A stretch of 64,000 bases of DNA. Source: Haliotis rufescens. Taxonomy: Eukaryota. The position numbers were made by a program, and so were the translations under genes. The notes beneath the pieces are model-generated. The model saw only the letters and a list, made by a program, of their open reading frames with translations. It was not told the DNA's origin and searched no databases. This document shows, in pieces, positions 11,531 to 24,259 of the stretch. The stretch spans positions 6,200,001 through 6,264,000 of the forward strand of contig NW_025963791.1 of assembly GCF_023055435.1 (NCBI RefSeq). Reading direction: 5' to 3'. Positions within the stretch are counted from its first letter, which is position 1; each line of letters starts with the position of its first letter.

Positions 11531-13189
11531 TAATACCAAACAATGTACATGCTCCTAACACCAAACTATTCATTTTCCATTTTGCCTACTTGGCAAGTAT
11601 CCACTAAGTTCCTTATTGTCACTTTGTATCTGTAGCTGATTCAGCAGCAACTATCCAGGACACCAAACAAGTATCACTAACATTCTAATCTTCAATAACG
11701 TAACCACTGACGTGAACTACTGGATCTGCAAGTCTTGTTTGGTGGTCCGTTACTGCAAAGGTTTTCTGTTTAGTGTTGTAGACTACTAAAACACCGATAA
11801 ACGCCACAACGGAGAAGCAGCAGCTCGTATAACCTCATTAACTATACATGTATTTCACATTGGTACTTTAAGCTCGTTATAACAAGCCCCTGCACACTCT
11901 GTGTGGTATCAGACTGACAATTCTCACAGTCTTTAAAAGAAGTTTTCTTGTCCATTTGGTCCTATATGTCCTTATTACATTCTGGACGCTGACACTAATG
12001 TCCTTGGGTCTGGACAGTTGGGCAATAACGACTAAGTAAGGACCGACCATTTGAAAAAAAACCTGTTCCCGACAATTCTGGAATGACATATTTTTTCTTT
12101 GGTTGTACACAAGAAAAAAATCATACATAGGACATAGAAGGTCGTTTTACGAGACAGCATGCGATTCATGAATACTTTACTCTTGGCATGTTAGAAAACA
12201 TATTCCCTCTTCAAGCTGATTGAATAAAAGCAAAACCAAAAAAACGTTTAGTACGTTTGACTTAAATGTAATTGTGACCAGTGACCTTTTGCGCATACCG
12301 GCAAGAAATAGATTTTTACGGTTAATTTCCATACACTTTTAGATGTCATCCTTTGATATACTTGTAACATTTTGTATTGATACACGACTTCACTGTACGG
12401 TACAAGTATCAGTTCAGGGTACTGCGATTCATCGATCGTTCGGTGATCGTTGCATCCTACCAGTAGACATGGTCTATCTCTTCTCAGGCTGCCAGTATTT
12501 CGTTAACACTTTGCTCAAAGAACCATTCCTAACGTTCTATAGAGTCGTATTGCTACAATTAAAATATAAGTGTTCGTCTACCTCGCGTTCTAGGAGACGA
12601 TTTGCTAGACAGCAGTTATTCGAGAAACAAATACATATGGCAACAGTTTCTGAATATTTCTTGTACTAGTCACTCCTTCTTGCACTCCCAAGAATCTAAT
12701 GCAGTGTTTGGAACCCTATTGAACTCCAGATGTCATTAGTGGAAGTCACTGTATGTGTTAATCTTTATGTACATATTGGAGGCGACAGACATGCCCCTTT
12801 CATTGGCACCTTGTACGTAGCCCTGTGTCATGTTTACATATATTGATGTTGGTTCTTCTACCAACGCTATATCAGGTGACTGGTGATATACTTACATCCT
12901 TTGCCCTGACACTCATCACCTGCACACATGTGTCAAATACTCATCATCGGTTGTTTATATGCCCTTGTTCCCGTCAGTTCCAGTGTTGTGTGTGGATGTT
13001 TCTGGCGTAGGTTCCCTTAATTGTTTCTTTGATCTTGTCGACGTGGCTTGACTACGGTCTATGCCCACTCACTCACTGCGAACTGGTCTGTGTAACACAT
13101 GTTCATAACTCCGCACTCCTATTTCTAATACTATATTGCCAATTCCTCTTTGTATTGTGGGTTGTCTTGTCATTCCAGGATTACATGTG

Positions 13190-13560
13190 CCTTTCATGTT
13201 ACCCCGCATGTATCGTGCACCCTACGTTACCCATGCACCATGCGTGTAGCCTGCGTTGTCCACGTACCATACATGTTATTTGATGTTTGACATGTGCCAT
13301 TCATGTTACCCTGCATTTCCTATGTATCGTGCACCCTACGTTGCCATGTACCATGCGTGTAGCCTGCGTTGTCCACGTACCATACATGCTATCTGATGTT
13401 TGCCATATGTTATTCGTGTTACCCTGCATTTCCTATGTATCGTGCACCCTACGTTGCCATGCACCATGCGTGTTAGCCTGCATTTCCCACGTACCTTGTC
13501 TATTGTCCGACGTTTCCCATTTAACATATGCATTGCCCTATACTTCCCGTGTGTATACTA
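13190..13560. repeat. ~111-bp tandem repeat, about 3 copies
   Basis: tgtatcgtgcaccctacgtt recurs at about 13209, 13323, 13436. Confidence 0.8.
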
Positions 13561-13903
13561 TGCCACATGTGATTGTCATTTACCTTCACTATTTATGATG
13601 CCTCGTTAATATTATTCATAAAACATATTTAGAAGCACACATGTTTGTTTTAATGAAAGGTCCCTTGCTTATCTGTACAAAAAATAAGTGTTTATTGTCT
13701 TCGACAGCGCTTAACATCGTAAACTCAACAGCTATCCTGGTCACTAAAAATGATAATGTCTATACTCCATATGTGGTCCGTGCCCCAGGCCCCATGATTG
13801 AAGGAAATGGCTTATCATAATACGTCACATGTCTACAATTGCATTCGGGAGTGGACAGTTCTTTGGTGTGGCTAAAGCTGACTGACATCGAAGCCAAGAT
13901 CAG

Positions 13904-13992
13904 GGTGCCGTTGTACAAAGCGATCTTAGCGCTAAGGTGACCTAACTCCCACACCTTAACATAGCGCTAAGATTGTTTTGTACAACGACACC
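13904..13992. mobile_element. Palindromic mini-MITE with CAG TSD (Harbinger-like)
   Basis: ~31-bp TIRs ggtgccgttgtacaaagcgatcttagcgcta / tagcgctaagattgttttgtacaacgacacc; cag on both sides. Confidence 0.65.
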
Positions 13993-13995
13993 CAG

Positions 13996-14410
13996 ATCAG
14001 GCTCGGTGACTTAGTTTACTGGAAGTCATCGTAACTCGACGTCATGAGACGTTGTTCACGTTATCACCAACAGATTTGTACTGGTCCAGACTCGATTCTC
14101 CACAGCCGCCATCGTTAGTTGGGACCCCGTGAAGATCCGGGGTAGAATATGTCTTCATCAACCAATGCTTGCCGCAAAAGGCGACTATGCTTGTCGTAAG
14201 AGGCTGACTTGGTTGATGCATGTCATCGTATCCCAATTGCGTGGATTGATGCTCATGATGTAAATCACTGGATTATCTGGTCCAGACTCGATTATTTACA
14301 GACCACCGTCATATAGCTGAAATATTGCTGAGTGCGGCGTTAAACAACAAACAAACAAATCATATAGTTGGAATGTTGTTGACTGTGGCTTTAAACTACA
14401 AACACACAAA
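13996..14410 (+). mobile_element. Old headless family B copy interrupted by a younger B copy
   Basis: Body 13996-14124; tail resumes about 14360-14410. Confidence 0.7.
14126..14358 (+). mobile_element. Family B, duplicated-hairpin type, small internal deletion
   Basis: Starts cccgtgaagatccggggtagaat; ends gttaaacaacaaacaaac. Confidence 0.85.
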
Positions 14411-14484
14411 CCATGATCCACCAATTTGTTGCTTTAAGATCCTGTTCAAGTCCCAGAAAGTGATATTGGCGCTTCGTCTGTGTT

Positions 14485-14785
14485 AACTCTTTATTTCCTT
14501 TTATGTCGAGCAATATTTCTGCAGCTCCAACCCTTAGTGTCCACTACTGAAGTACAGTTGAGTATGCTCTTTCTTCAAAGATTTCAAAGAGCGTCATGCG
14601 ATTCTTGCTGAGAAGTTGTTTTATAAAAGTTACAACATACCCCACTTTCCTCGCCTGGTTTCACCACTAGTTCATAGTGATTCATTAACACGTGCTCATG
14701 ATATAGTCGGAAACGCACAAACGACTCTTTTGGCAGCGATTTCTTATGAATATGGAAAGGGTTTTGTCGCCTGTACTTAACATAA
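14485..14785 (+). mobile_element. Naiad-like PLE 3' fragment
   Basis: FPFMSSNISAAP; DFKERHAILAEKLF; shared 3' UTR. Confidence 0.7.
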
Positions 14786-15580
14786 ACTCGTCCTAGCGCT
14801 ATGATCCCTTTGGTGAAAGGTACCCAGGGCTGAAAACTGCATAAAGACCCATAACTCACACGCTGTGAGGTCAGCGGAACCGTTCCAAATATAGCGTATA
14901 TACGTACCCTTTAGCAATGAGCTCTGTTACCGAAGTAAGGCAGTCGTCTTAAACATCTATTGTGGTCGTTACTGTCGTCACCGTTCCTACGCCCACTTTC
15001 CTATCTACTCAGGCGACTGATGACATCGGTTTGGTATGCTGAGTGGTATTTAGAAGACAAGCACAAACGAAATGACTGTACTTCAACACGCATCCTTGCC
15101 ACCGACATATTTCCATATATCATCATACTGAGTGGGTGAACACGATTTAGCCCAACAGCATTGCAGGTATAATAAATGATGTAGCTCTCAAAGACTCAAA
15201 CCTTCGTCTTCGTTCTTCGTAATGGTTATCTCGAAGTACTGTAGATCTCGTGAAGTTGTATCTAGGGTGTGATCTTGAACTCGAAGGAGCTGTCACCTTG
15301 AGATAATAGTTATCTCGAGGTAATGGCTATCTCGAAGTAATAGAAATCTCTAAGTAGTAGCTATCTTGAAGTAGTGTTTATCTGAGGTAGGAGTAATTGT
15401 TGTCATCGCAAGGTAGGGGTGATCTCTTGGTTGTTGGGGTGTCAAAGCATCGGTTATGTCGAAGTAAATCCATTTCTCATAATTGTTAAGTCTTTTTAAT
15501 TTCTCCTCTGGTTTCGATACAACAGAAGTCTACTATGGCCCCACGTCCTTGCCTTTAAAACCTTCGCACTAGTTTTATAA

Positions 15581-15814
15581 GACCCATTAAGATCCGGGTT
15601 AGAATAGGTCTTTAGCAACCCATGCTTGCCGTAAAAGGCGGGTCGCATGGTCAGGTTCACTGACTTCGAAGCATGTTATTGTTTGTATCCCAAATGCGTA
15701 GATCGATGCTCATGATGTCAATCCCCGGATTGTCTGGTTCAGACTCGATTATATACAGACTGCCGCCATAGAGCTAGAACATTGCTGAGTGCGACGTTAA
15801 ACAACAAACAAACG
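15581..15814 (+). mobile_element. Family B
   Basis: 10-bp TSD agttttataa (15571-15580, 15815-15824). Confidence 0.85.
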
Positions 15815-15859
15815 AGTTTTATAATGTAACAGCGATTACAACATTATTGGGACATCGTT

Positions 15860-15860
15860 A

Positions 15861-15905
<45 letters not shown>

Positions 15906-15925
15906 CACTACTACTACTACTACTA
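15860..15925. repeat. (TAC)n microsatellite
   Basis: Direct reading. Confidence 0.95.
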
Positions 15926-16203
15926 TAATGTGTTTGGATACTCCGTGGTGATTCAGGCTAGGGCCCCCTCGACCTATACTTGTCGTTGAACGAGTAGTCA
16001 GGCTTGGCAGTTTGGTAGCTTGGTGGATGACGGAGTGGGACATGGCACATGTATCATATCTTGTGCATCCAGGCTGGATTATGTAACGGACGCCGTCATA
16101 TAGCTGGAACATTGCTGAGTGTGGATAAAACACAACAAATACATTAGTTCAGCCAAAACATGACGTAAAGGGACATTAGTCTTGTATTTTTTATTCATGG
16201 CAA

Positions 16204-16318
16204 CGTATCCCAATTGCGTGGACCGATGCTCATGATGTCAATCACTGGATTGTCTGGTCCAGACTCGATTATTTACAGGGCGGACTTAAACAACAAACAA
16301 ACAAACAAACAAACAGAC
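16204..16318 (+). mobile_element. Family B 3' fragment
   Basis: cccaattgcgtgga...ctggtccagactcgattattt and (AAAC)n. Confidence 0.75.
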
Positions 16319-17409
16319 AGACTAATTACACACGTGTTGAACGGCGTTCTTTCAATGGCAATGTTCCTATGTAGAGTCTGGAGAAAATCAGAAAGGCACA
16401 GCTGGAACTGATCGCGAATACAACAAAATGCATAATAAATAATGTTGGCCTCACCCTGTGCTTTCTAGCAATATCATGCCATTTTAAACTAGTTCTTGTA
16501 ATCGTTGAAAGCCTGACGCTGCTCTTGACCCTCTGTGTGGCTACAGGGTCCAAGTAGGACGTAACGGATTACACCAGGTCAGAGCGGCTTAAGTACGATT
16601 CGTGACCAGTGACGACGTCCTTGGCCGCCGTTGTGGTCGTTGTAGCAGTCGATGGAGTCTCTGACAAGAGGCTCTTCATCCGACACCGCTCACTTCTCAT
16701 TACCGTCACAAGTACTGTCACATCTGTCAGACAAAGGAGATCGTCCGACCTAAAATCATCGACCAACACCTCGTTTGATCCCTACATATATCCAATGAGT
16801 TATCAGCTATAATAATGCATTGGGGGTTCTTTCTGACAGGAGTCCACTTTAGCGTCTTGATAATGAGCTGACCTTGGATTCTGGTTAAAGGTTTGATTGA
16901 AGCTATACAGGAACATAGGCTAGAAGTTACCCGTTGACGTCGGTTTCGTGGTGGGTTTTTTCTTAGAAGGCACCAAGAATCTAATTGAGCTTTCTTCCCG
17001 TGGAACATTTTGGCTTCATGGGCAATGGGTCTGATTATCGGAATGTCTACAACTGTTGTGAAAAAGAAGCTGTTTTGGTGATGTAATTGTTATTCCATAT
17101 ATGTTCCCCTTGATCTCGATTTGAGGGGATTCAAGTGCACTTACCTCAAAGAAGCAATTTTGCAAGGAATACATCATTGTGTGTGCTCTTGTTATGGGGA
17201 ACGAGAAGGACATAAACTGTCAACTTGTAAGGCATATTACGACGCTCTGTCAACGTCAGTGCAACGTTGGCACAACGTTAATGGACGATTTCCGACGTCA
17301 GCTCGACGTCATCCTGCGGTACAGGAACCGTTCGTATTTTGTAGTGCCTCTGTGTATCTCAAGAAGTTTTTTTTTATCAATATAATATCATAGTTTTTAC
17401 GTCAATATG

Positions 17410-17910
17410 GAAAGTACAATGAAAGCGACAAAACCATTTCCATATTCATAAGAAATATCTGCAAAAGCAGTGTCGAGTGCATGATTCCTACTTTACATGA
17501 GCATTTGTTTATGTATGATTATCAAATAGTGATGACACCAGGCGTTCGCGAAAAGGTGAGCGTATCCTGCCCCGCCGGTGGCACCCGTCACAAACGCATG
17601 CAATGGCAAGTCAATTGTTCACCTGAAAAACTCGAGTATAAGTTTAATTAGGGAATTGCATCGGACATCATTCTTGTCACTGATGTGTCAGATTTGGAAA
17701 AAAAAGTCATTCACATGTACACTTTTTGAAAGCAATACTGGGGCTTTGAATGTTGTTACCTTGATCAAACCCCTTTTTGCGAAAGGCTTGTATGACGCTT
17801 TTGTTAAAAAGAGCATGTTCGATTGCACCTTAAACGTTGAGAAATGTAGACACCAAGCCTGGGACGGACTATTGGAAAGTTAAAGTCATTAACATTACTT
17901 ATGAAATTCG
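17410..17910 (-). mobile_element. Naiad-like PLE 3' fragment
   Basis: Thumb plus 3' UTR containing the conserved GC-rich motif at 17529-17591. Confidence 0.7.
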
Positions 17911-17991
17911 CATTCGATTGAACAATACTATTTACAACTCAACTCGTTATAGCGGACGTTTCCTTATACCGAATTCGTCATAAGTAACAAG

Positions 17992-18622
17992 GTGAAATGT
18001 CGAAAAGCAAAACCTCGTAAAAGCAGACACACCACACAAAGTGAAATTTCGAAAAACAAACCCTCGTAAAAGCAGACACACCACACAAAGTGAAATTTCG
18101 AAAAGCAAACCCTCGTGAAAGCAGACACACCACACAATGTGAAATTTTGAAAAGTAAACCCTCGTGAAAGCAGACACACCACACAAAGTGAAATTTAGAA
18201 AGGCAAACCCTCGTGAAAGCAGACACGCCACACAAAGTGAATTTTCGAAAAACAAACCCTCGTGAAAGCAGACACACAACACAAAGTGAAATTTCGAAAA
18301 ACAAACCCTCGTGACAGTAGACACACCACACAAAGTAAAATTTCGAAAAGCAAACCCTCGTGAAAGCAGACACACCACACAAAGTGAAATTTCGAAAAAC
18401 AAACCCTCGTGAAAGCAGACAGACAACACAAAGTGAAATTTCGAAAAACAAACCCTCGTGACAGCACACACCACACAAAGTGAAATTTCGAAAAGCAAAC
18501 CCTCGTGAAAGCAAAAACACCACACTAGGTGAAATTTCGAAAAGCAAACCTTCGTGACAGCAGACACACCACACAAAGTGAAATTTCGAAAAGCAGACCC
18601 TCGTGAGAGCAGACACACCACA
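17992..18622. repeat. 49-bp minisatellite, about 13 copies
   Basis: gtgaaatttcgaaaagcaaaccctcgtgaaagcagacacaccacacaaa (18041, 18090, ...). Confidence 0.95.
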
Positions 18623-19449
18623 TTCCTGACAATATCACAGTCCTATTCGTGTCATTCAGGAAAGCACGTATCACTGCATTATGGTAACATATGTCACCCA
18701 AGTTTACTTTGTATTTTCCTTCAGCATCGTTTGTGCTATTATCCACGTCGATATTGTATTCTTTCTTTGGACTAAATGCTCGTGTCGAGGAATAGAAGAT
18801 GTAAAGTGCACATTTGGTAAATTCAGCAGATGCAACAGATGTTATGGATTGCAGTGAGGTATTTCTCTCCGGCGTCTGTTGTCCACTGAATGATTATTAG
18901 CAGTTGTCTGGAGAATAGCTGTCACTTGTCCTACCTCGTAAATAATGAACAGCCTGTTGACGACGTTGTGCGTTGAACAACGGACTTATTCTTTCGAAAA
19001 CTGCTTCCCACGACAGATTCTAATTATTTATCTGACACTTTGGCTTTCTATACCTGAAGGGAATATTATTTTGTCGAGATATATTTGTTTTATTACCGGA
19101 CGATTTCATTAGTTTAGGGTTGGCGATTTGCGTTGGAATATGAAGTTCGTTATTTCTCCTGATACCCAATTACGTATAATACGTTTATAGTGAAAACCAG
19201 TTATACCATAAACCGGTTTTCCGGGCAGTTACCTCGAACAGGCTTATTTACAAAGACATAAACCCATGATTCGTCAGTACTGACATTTGTTATTCCCGAC
19301 ATTTTCATCGAGAACGGGGTTTCAGTGTTTATCAGTGATGTGCCAACGCATGCAAAATACGTTAAGCGTCATAACGTTAATTTAGAATCATGGAATGGTG
19401 TTACCATCGCGTAATTATCTTATAAAAGGCTTGTCACACTTTTTTATGC

Positions 19450-19580
19450 AAGTTGTGTGAGTGGTGGTGCCGCCTGGAGGGCAGGACATGCTTACTCCTT
19501 TCGCGAGTACTTGGTGTCGTCACTGATTATCAGTGATCCATTTATATCATTTTCAACACTGTTTTGCCTTTTACGATTAA
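19450..19580 (+). mobile_element. Related PLE 3'-end motif fragment
   Basis: gggcaggacatgcttactcctttcgcgagtacttggtgtcgtcac. Confidence 0.55.
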
Positions 19581-19765
19581 GTTGAATTTGTTTCAGAAGA
19601 TGGTTGAGGCTCATTTTCTCTTGCGGGGTTTTGAATTTCCCCATGACCAAGCATGTCTCTCCCAAGAAATAACAAAACTATTATCATACAGTTGTTTTTC
19701 TATGGCGTTGACCTGTAATATGTGTAAGCAAAATCTATAAACGTATTTAGGGTGTATGTGTATGT

Positions 19766-20078
19766 GAGGTGAAATGGGGTTTAACGTCGCGTCCAAGATC
19801 ATTGTACTTATACATCGACGTGCATGCACGTGTGTGTGTGTGGCTGCTTGTACTAGTCCGGGTTGGTTCCGATTTTATAGTGCTAGCCCACTGAGATACC
19901 ATGCCGCAGTTTAACATGAATATCCCACAGTATACTGACTCCGAGCCGATGAGTCCTTGTTTTAGCCCCTTATGCCGAGCGCCAGACATGGTAGCAACAA
20001 GTACCATCTTTAAACGTCTTTTGGTATGACGCGGCTTGGGATCGAACCCCTGACCTTCCGCTCTCCTAACAGGCGGTC
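19766..20078 (-). mobile_element. SINE family C, A-box region deleted
   Basis: TSD gtat(g/a)tgtatgt (19754-19765, 20079-20090). Confidence 0.85.
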
Positions 20079-20326
20079 GTATATGTATGTACAATCTGTA
20101 AAATCTGTGTCATAGCAATAAATGACACGAATTGATTGTCCATCACACTTTAAATGATCATACTGCATCATCTACAAAGTAGCGGATCGTCATTTACGAA
20201 TCCCAGATTCGCCCGATTGTGATCACTGATTTGAGTTTCAGCGGAGTGGATTTGGCTTCTAAGACTTACATCGTTTTGATCTGACAGGCCGTGAAATGAT
20301 AAAAATACTGTTGGTGAAGCTTATTG

Positions 20327-20582
20327 TTTGTTGTTTAGCGCCGCACCTAGCAATATTCCAGCTATATGACGGCCGTCTGTGAATAATCGAGTCTGAACCA
20401 GACAATCCAGTGATTGACAGCATGCGCATCGATCCACACAATAGGGATCGATGACGTGTATCATTCAAGTCAGCGAGCCTGACCACCCGATCCCGTTAGT
20501 CGCCTCTTTTTAAAAGCATAGTCGCCTTTTACGGCAAGCATGGGTTACTGAAGACCTATTCTACCCCGGATCTTCAGGGGTC
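20327..20582 (-). mobile_element. Family B, duplicated-hairpin type
   Basis: 12-bp TSD tgaagcttattg (20315-20326, 20583-20594). Confidence 0.9.
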
Positions 20583-21834
20583 TGAAGCTTATTGACGAGA
20601 GGGTGACTTCTGAAATGAATTAATATACCTGTCGCAATATATGATCTACCTTGATAAATAAACGTTTGATTAAAATAATAATCTAACAACAGCCAAAATA
20701 AAATATATAAGCTTTCAAACATTAATTGACACCTTCCTTCCACCATATAAGCTTGTCTCCACGGGAGCTATCGCTTGGGTGAAATTAAGAGATCGTTCCT
20801 TGGAGATATCACCGCCGTGAAAAACCATCATAGTGTTTTGCATCACTTATCACTACCAATAGAATCTCATCCTCGTGTCTTTTGATTATCAAATATATCA
20901 ACACTCGTCAGTAAAAGTTTCAAACTGATCAAGAAGCTTGGTGTTTTGGACTGTTATCGTCTCGTGTAATTACATTTGATATCTTAAGACATTCGGATGA
21001 ACCGCCGTCATATAGCTGGAATATTGTTCGGATGAGATTATCTATTTCTCACAAGTAGACATTCAGCGAGCCGAAAAATGTTTAACTTCTTGGGTAATAA
21101 CCGACGTAACGGCAAAACATGAGCCCTTTAACTGAAAACGAGTCACGAGCAGAGAGACATCCATTCCTCGTAACCATGGGCATAAACGGATCCGTTGACT
21201 TAAACCAATGATCTGTCACCTGCTGGCGGCACCTCGTTTACCTCGGATATAATCATGCCTTCACACCCTCAAGCCCTCAAGAATTGTGAGAATGTTTTCC
21301 ATCTGAAACAGCTACAGTTTCAAGGGGAAATATTAAGTAAGTGTTAATTCCACTGGAGCGAATATTTTTACACATTTTTGAAACTTCATCTCGTTGTTAT
21401 TCCCACTGGAGAAAGTCAATGAAATCAGAGTATCGGCAACTTGGGGATCAGGTTATTCAAGAAACGTGATTATTGGGGCAACTGAGATAACATGTATCCG
21501 ATGGTCAGAGAAGGAAAAATCTGCCTTCAAGCGTTACCCATTGGTGAACATTGATTTCTCCTGAGTGTGGCCTACATATTGATTGATACACCTTCCTGTA
21601 AATTGCGGGAAACTGCGACCCAAGCGGGTGTAAAAAATCCTTGTTAACAGATTTGGCTTAGTCGAGTGATACTTCGTGGACATTCAGCTCAAAATGGGTT
21701 GTACAAAAAATACTTCAAACCAAAAAAGGGTGCCTTGCTCTTCATCGGATCAAAAAATCATTCACGAAGTTGATTGCGTGATAGACTGGATTCAGTGCGT
21801 CTTTGATATCTCTAGACTGGCTACAGTCTGTTTT

Positions 21835-22175
21835 CAACTTTCCAAACGTTTTATGGTAGACATGTGGAGGACATTTCAAAATTTGACGCATCAGTGGTAA
21901 GAATTATGTCCGATGCAATGACCTATTTTGACGTGTACAGTATCTTCCCAAGTTTTATCAGGTGAACAATTGACATGCCCGTGCATGTGTTTGTGACGGG
22001 TGCCAGAGGCGGGGCAGGCTACGCTCACCTTTTCGCGAACATCTTGTATCATCACTATTTGATAGTGATTCATAAACACATGCTCATGATATAGTCGGAA
22101 TCGTACAATCAACTCTGCTTTTGGCAGAGATTTCTTACCAATATAAGGGGTTTTGTTGCTTTTATTTATCGTAAG
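21835..22175 (+). mobile_element. Naiad-like PLE 3' fragment
   Basis: FYGRH-like end and 3' UTR nearly colinear with 45960-46270. Confidence 0.75.
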
Positions 22176-22283
22176 ATAATTTTTAAAATCTATCTATGTT
22201 TCAACTTTTTTCAACAGTTTTTGTTGTTTCATTAATTAGATGTAGTTTAACACATTAATGATAATTCAAATAGGATAGTTACT

Positions 22284-22402
22284 GAGTGAGTGAGTATGAT
22301 CTTACGCTGCTTTAAGCAATATTCCAGCAATATCACGGCGGGGGACGCCAGAAATGGGCTTCACACATTGTACCCATGTCGGGAATCGAACCCGGGTCTA
22401 CG
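22284..22402 (-). mobile_element. SINE family A, 5'-truncated
   Basis: TSD taggatagtta(c/t)tgagtga at 22271-22289 and 22403-22421; A box missing. Confidence 0.85.
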
Positions 22403-22425
22403 TAGGATAGTTATTGAGTGACAAG

Positions 22426-22642
22426 CCTGTGAAGATCCGGGTTAGAAGTGATCTTCAGTAACCCAAGCGTGTGGTAAGAAGCGACTAAAGGGATCTGGTA
22501 GTCAGACTCGCCAACTTTGTTGATCGTATCCCAGTTGCGTTAATAGATGCTCATAGTGCCAATCAATGGATTGTCTGGTTGATATTTTAATAGTTACAGA
22601 CCACAGTCACAACTGTAAAATTGCGGAGTGCAGTGTTAAACA
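22426..22642 (+). mobile_element. Family B, diverged single-hairpin type
   Basis: Head cctgtgaagatccgggttagaagtgatcttcagtaaccc; degenerate tail. Confidence 0.8.
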
Positions 22643-22726
22643 TTAAAATATATATAAGTGACTCTGACACCTCTTACGTTCTTCACACATTTTGTCCATG
22701 TTCGGAATCGAACTCAATTGAAGTCA

Positions 22727-22903
22727 TGAGTGAGTAAGTATGGTTGTACGCCGCTTTAAAACAACTTTTAACAACATTCCAGGAATATTACGGTGGGGGA
22801 CACCGGAAATGGGCTTCACACATTGTACCCATGTGGGGAATCGAACCCTGGCCTATGGCGCGACGAGCGAACGCTTTAACCACTAGGCTACCATAGACCC
22901 GCC
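22727..22903 (-). mobile_element. SINE family A, diverged
   Basis: Full-length similarity to other A copies. Confidence 0.8.
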
Positions 22904-23416
22904 TACATGACAGTGTGATGTTAAACATGGTTCTAGTGCAAGCATGTGCGAGAAACTGTAAAATCCCAGAAATTCAAATCGTGGATGGATAGCATCAAAC
23001 TATCTTCCTCAGGAACATCTGGTCGCCCCTCCCATTAAATACAGTGTTCAGCAACTGCAACTGTTGCATCACATAAGTCATCTTCACCCACATGAACGTC
23101 GCCGCATGCTAATCCCCGGATAAGAATATCGATTAGCTGCCATAGATTTAATTCCTCCAGGCAAGCTGTTACATTTCCGTTTTAATGTAACGAGACAAAT
23201 TGCTTATAAAGACGACCACTAGTTAGACTAATTACAGCATAGATATAAAATCTCTCACGACTCGGCGTAAGGGTGGCTGTTCAACTTAAACAGCTTTCTC
23301 AAACAGGCGAGCGAAAGCTCTTGTTGAAACTTAAACAGGAAATTAAGCACACCTCCTGCGGTAAATCGACAATGTAATAGGTATTTCCTCTTATAGACGC
23401 TTAGCATACAGGCATA

Positions 23417-23438
23417 TTACTACTACTACTAATACTAC

Positions 23439-23490
<52 letters not shown>
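23417..23490. repeat. (TAC)n-(TAG)n inverted microsatellite
   Basis: Direct reading. Confidence 0.9.
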
Positions 23491-23693
23491 CCCGCTATAT
23501 GACGACAGTCTGTAAATAATCGAGTCTGGACCAGACAAACCACTAATTGACATCATGTGCATCGATCCACGCAATTGGGGATACGATGACATGCATGATC
23601 CAAGTCAGCGAGCCCGACCACCCTATCCCGTTAGTCGCCTTTTACAACAAACATGGGTTGCTGACGACAAATTCTAACCCGGATCGTCACGGG
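23491..23693 (-). mobile_element. Family B, single-hairpin type, tail end replaced by microsatellite
   Basis: Head cccgtgacgatccgggttagaatttgtcgtcagcaaccc on minus strand. Confidence 0.85.
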
Positions 23694-24259
23694 TTCGTCT
23701 GTAACAGGAACTACAGTACATCGTTGATGCAAAGAAAACTAAAAGCTGTATGCTTGTAAAAAAATAAAAGAAAATATTGTTTTCAATCAGGAAATACTAT
23801 TCAGGCGCACAACTTCTAAAGTAATGCTCGAGGATATGGTAGAAATAATCGATAGCGGCCACGTGTTACATGAATGCATTTTGTCAATGTAGAGATCCGT
23901 GGGTCATTAATAACTGCTCTTGAAGAATCACTTCCGCAGTCGTGTGGCAATAAATGATCAAATCGAATAGTGTTTGTTGATCCTTCCATATGACATTGTA
24001 ACTGTGCCCTCATTCATATCAATGTTTCATAGCTGAAGCCTCCGCTCATCTCGTCGAATACCCGGGTTCGGCTCTTTAGTGTCCACGGTATTGCTAAAAT
24101 AGGCATTGAACCAAACTTTAATGGGCATCGTGTTTAAAGCATTCGGTGATAGACGCTGTTAAAAAGTCTATGGACAGGAATTTATCAAGACCTGCTCATT
24201 TCGCTCCGTCACTTGCTTCTACGCCATTGCGTCATGTTGACGCCCTCTTCATTGGCTCA

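Noticed and set aside
12826-13097. Possible solo LTR (TG...CA)
   Set aside because: No TSD, second copy or internal sequence seen
15010-15075. Hammerhead ribozyme at CTGATGA (also about 27303 and 57933)
   Set aside because: No stem II followed by GAAA and no matching stems I/III
17947-18621. 224-aa and 212-aa Cys-rich ORFs
   Set aside because: Translation of a 49-bp minisatellite
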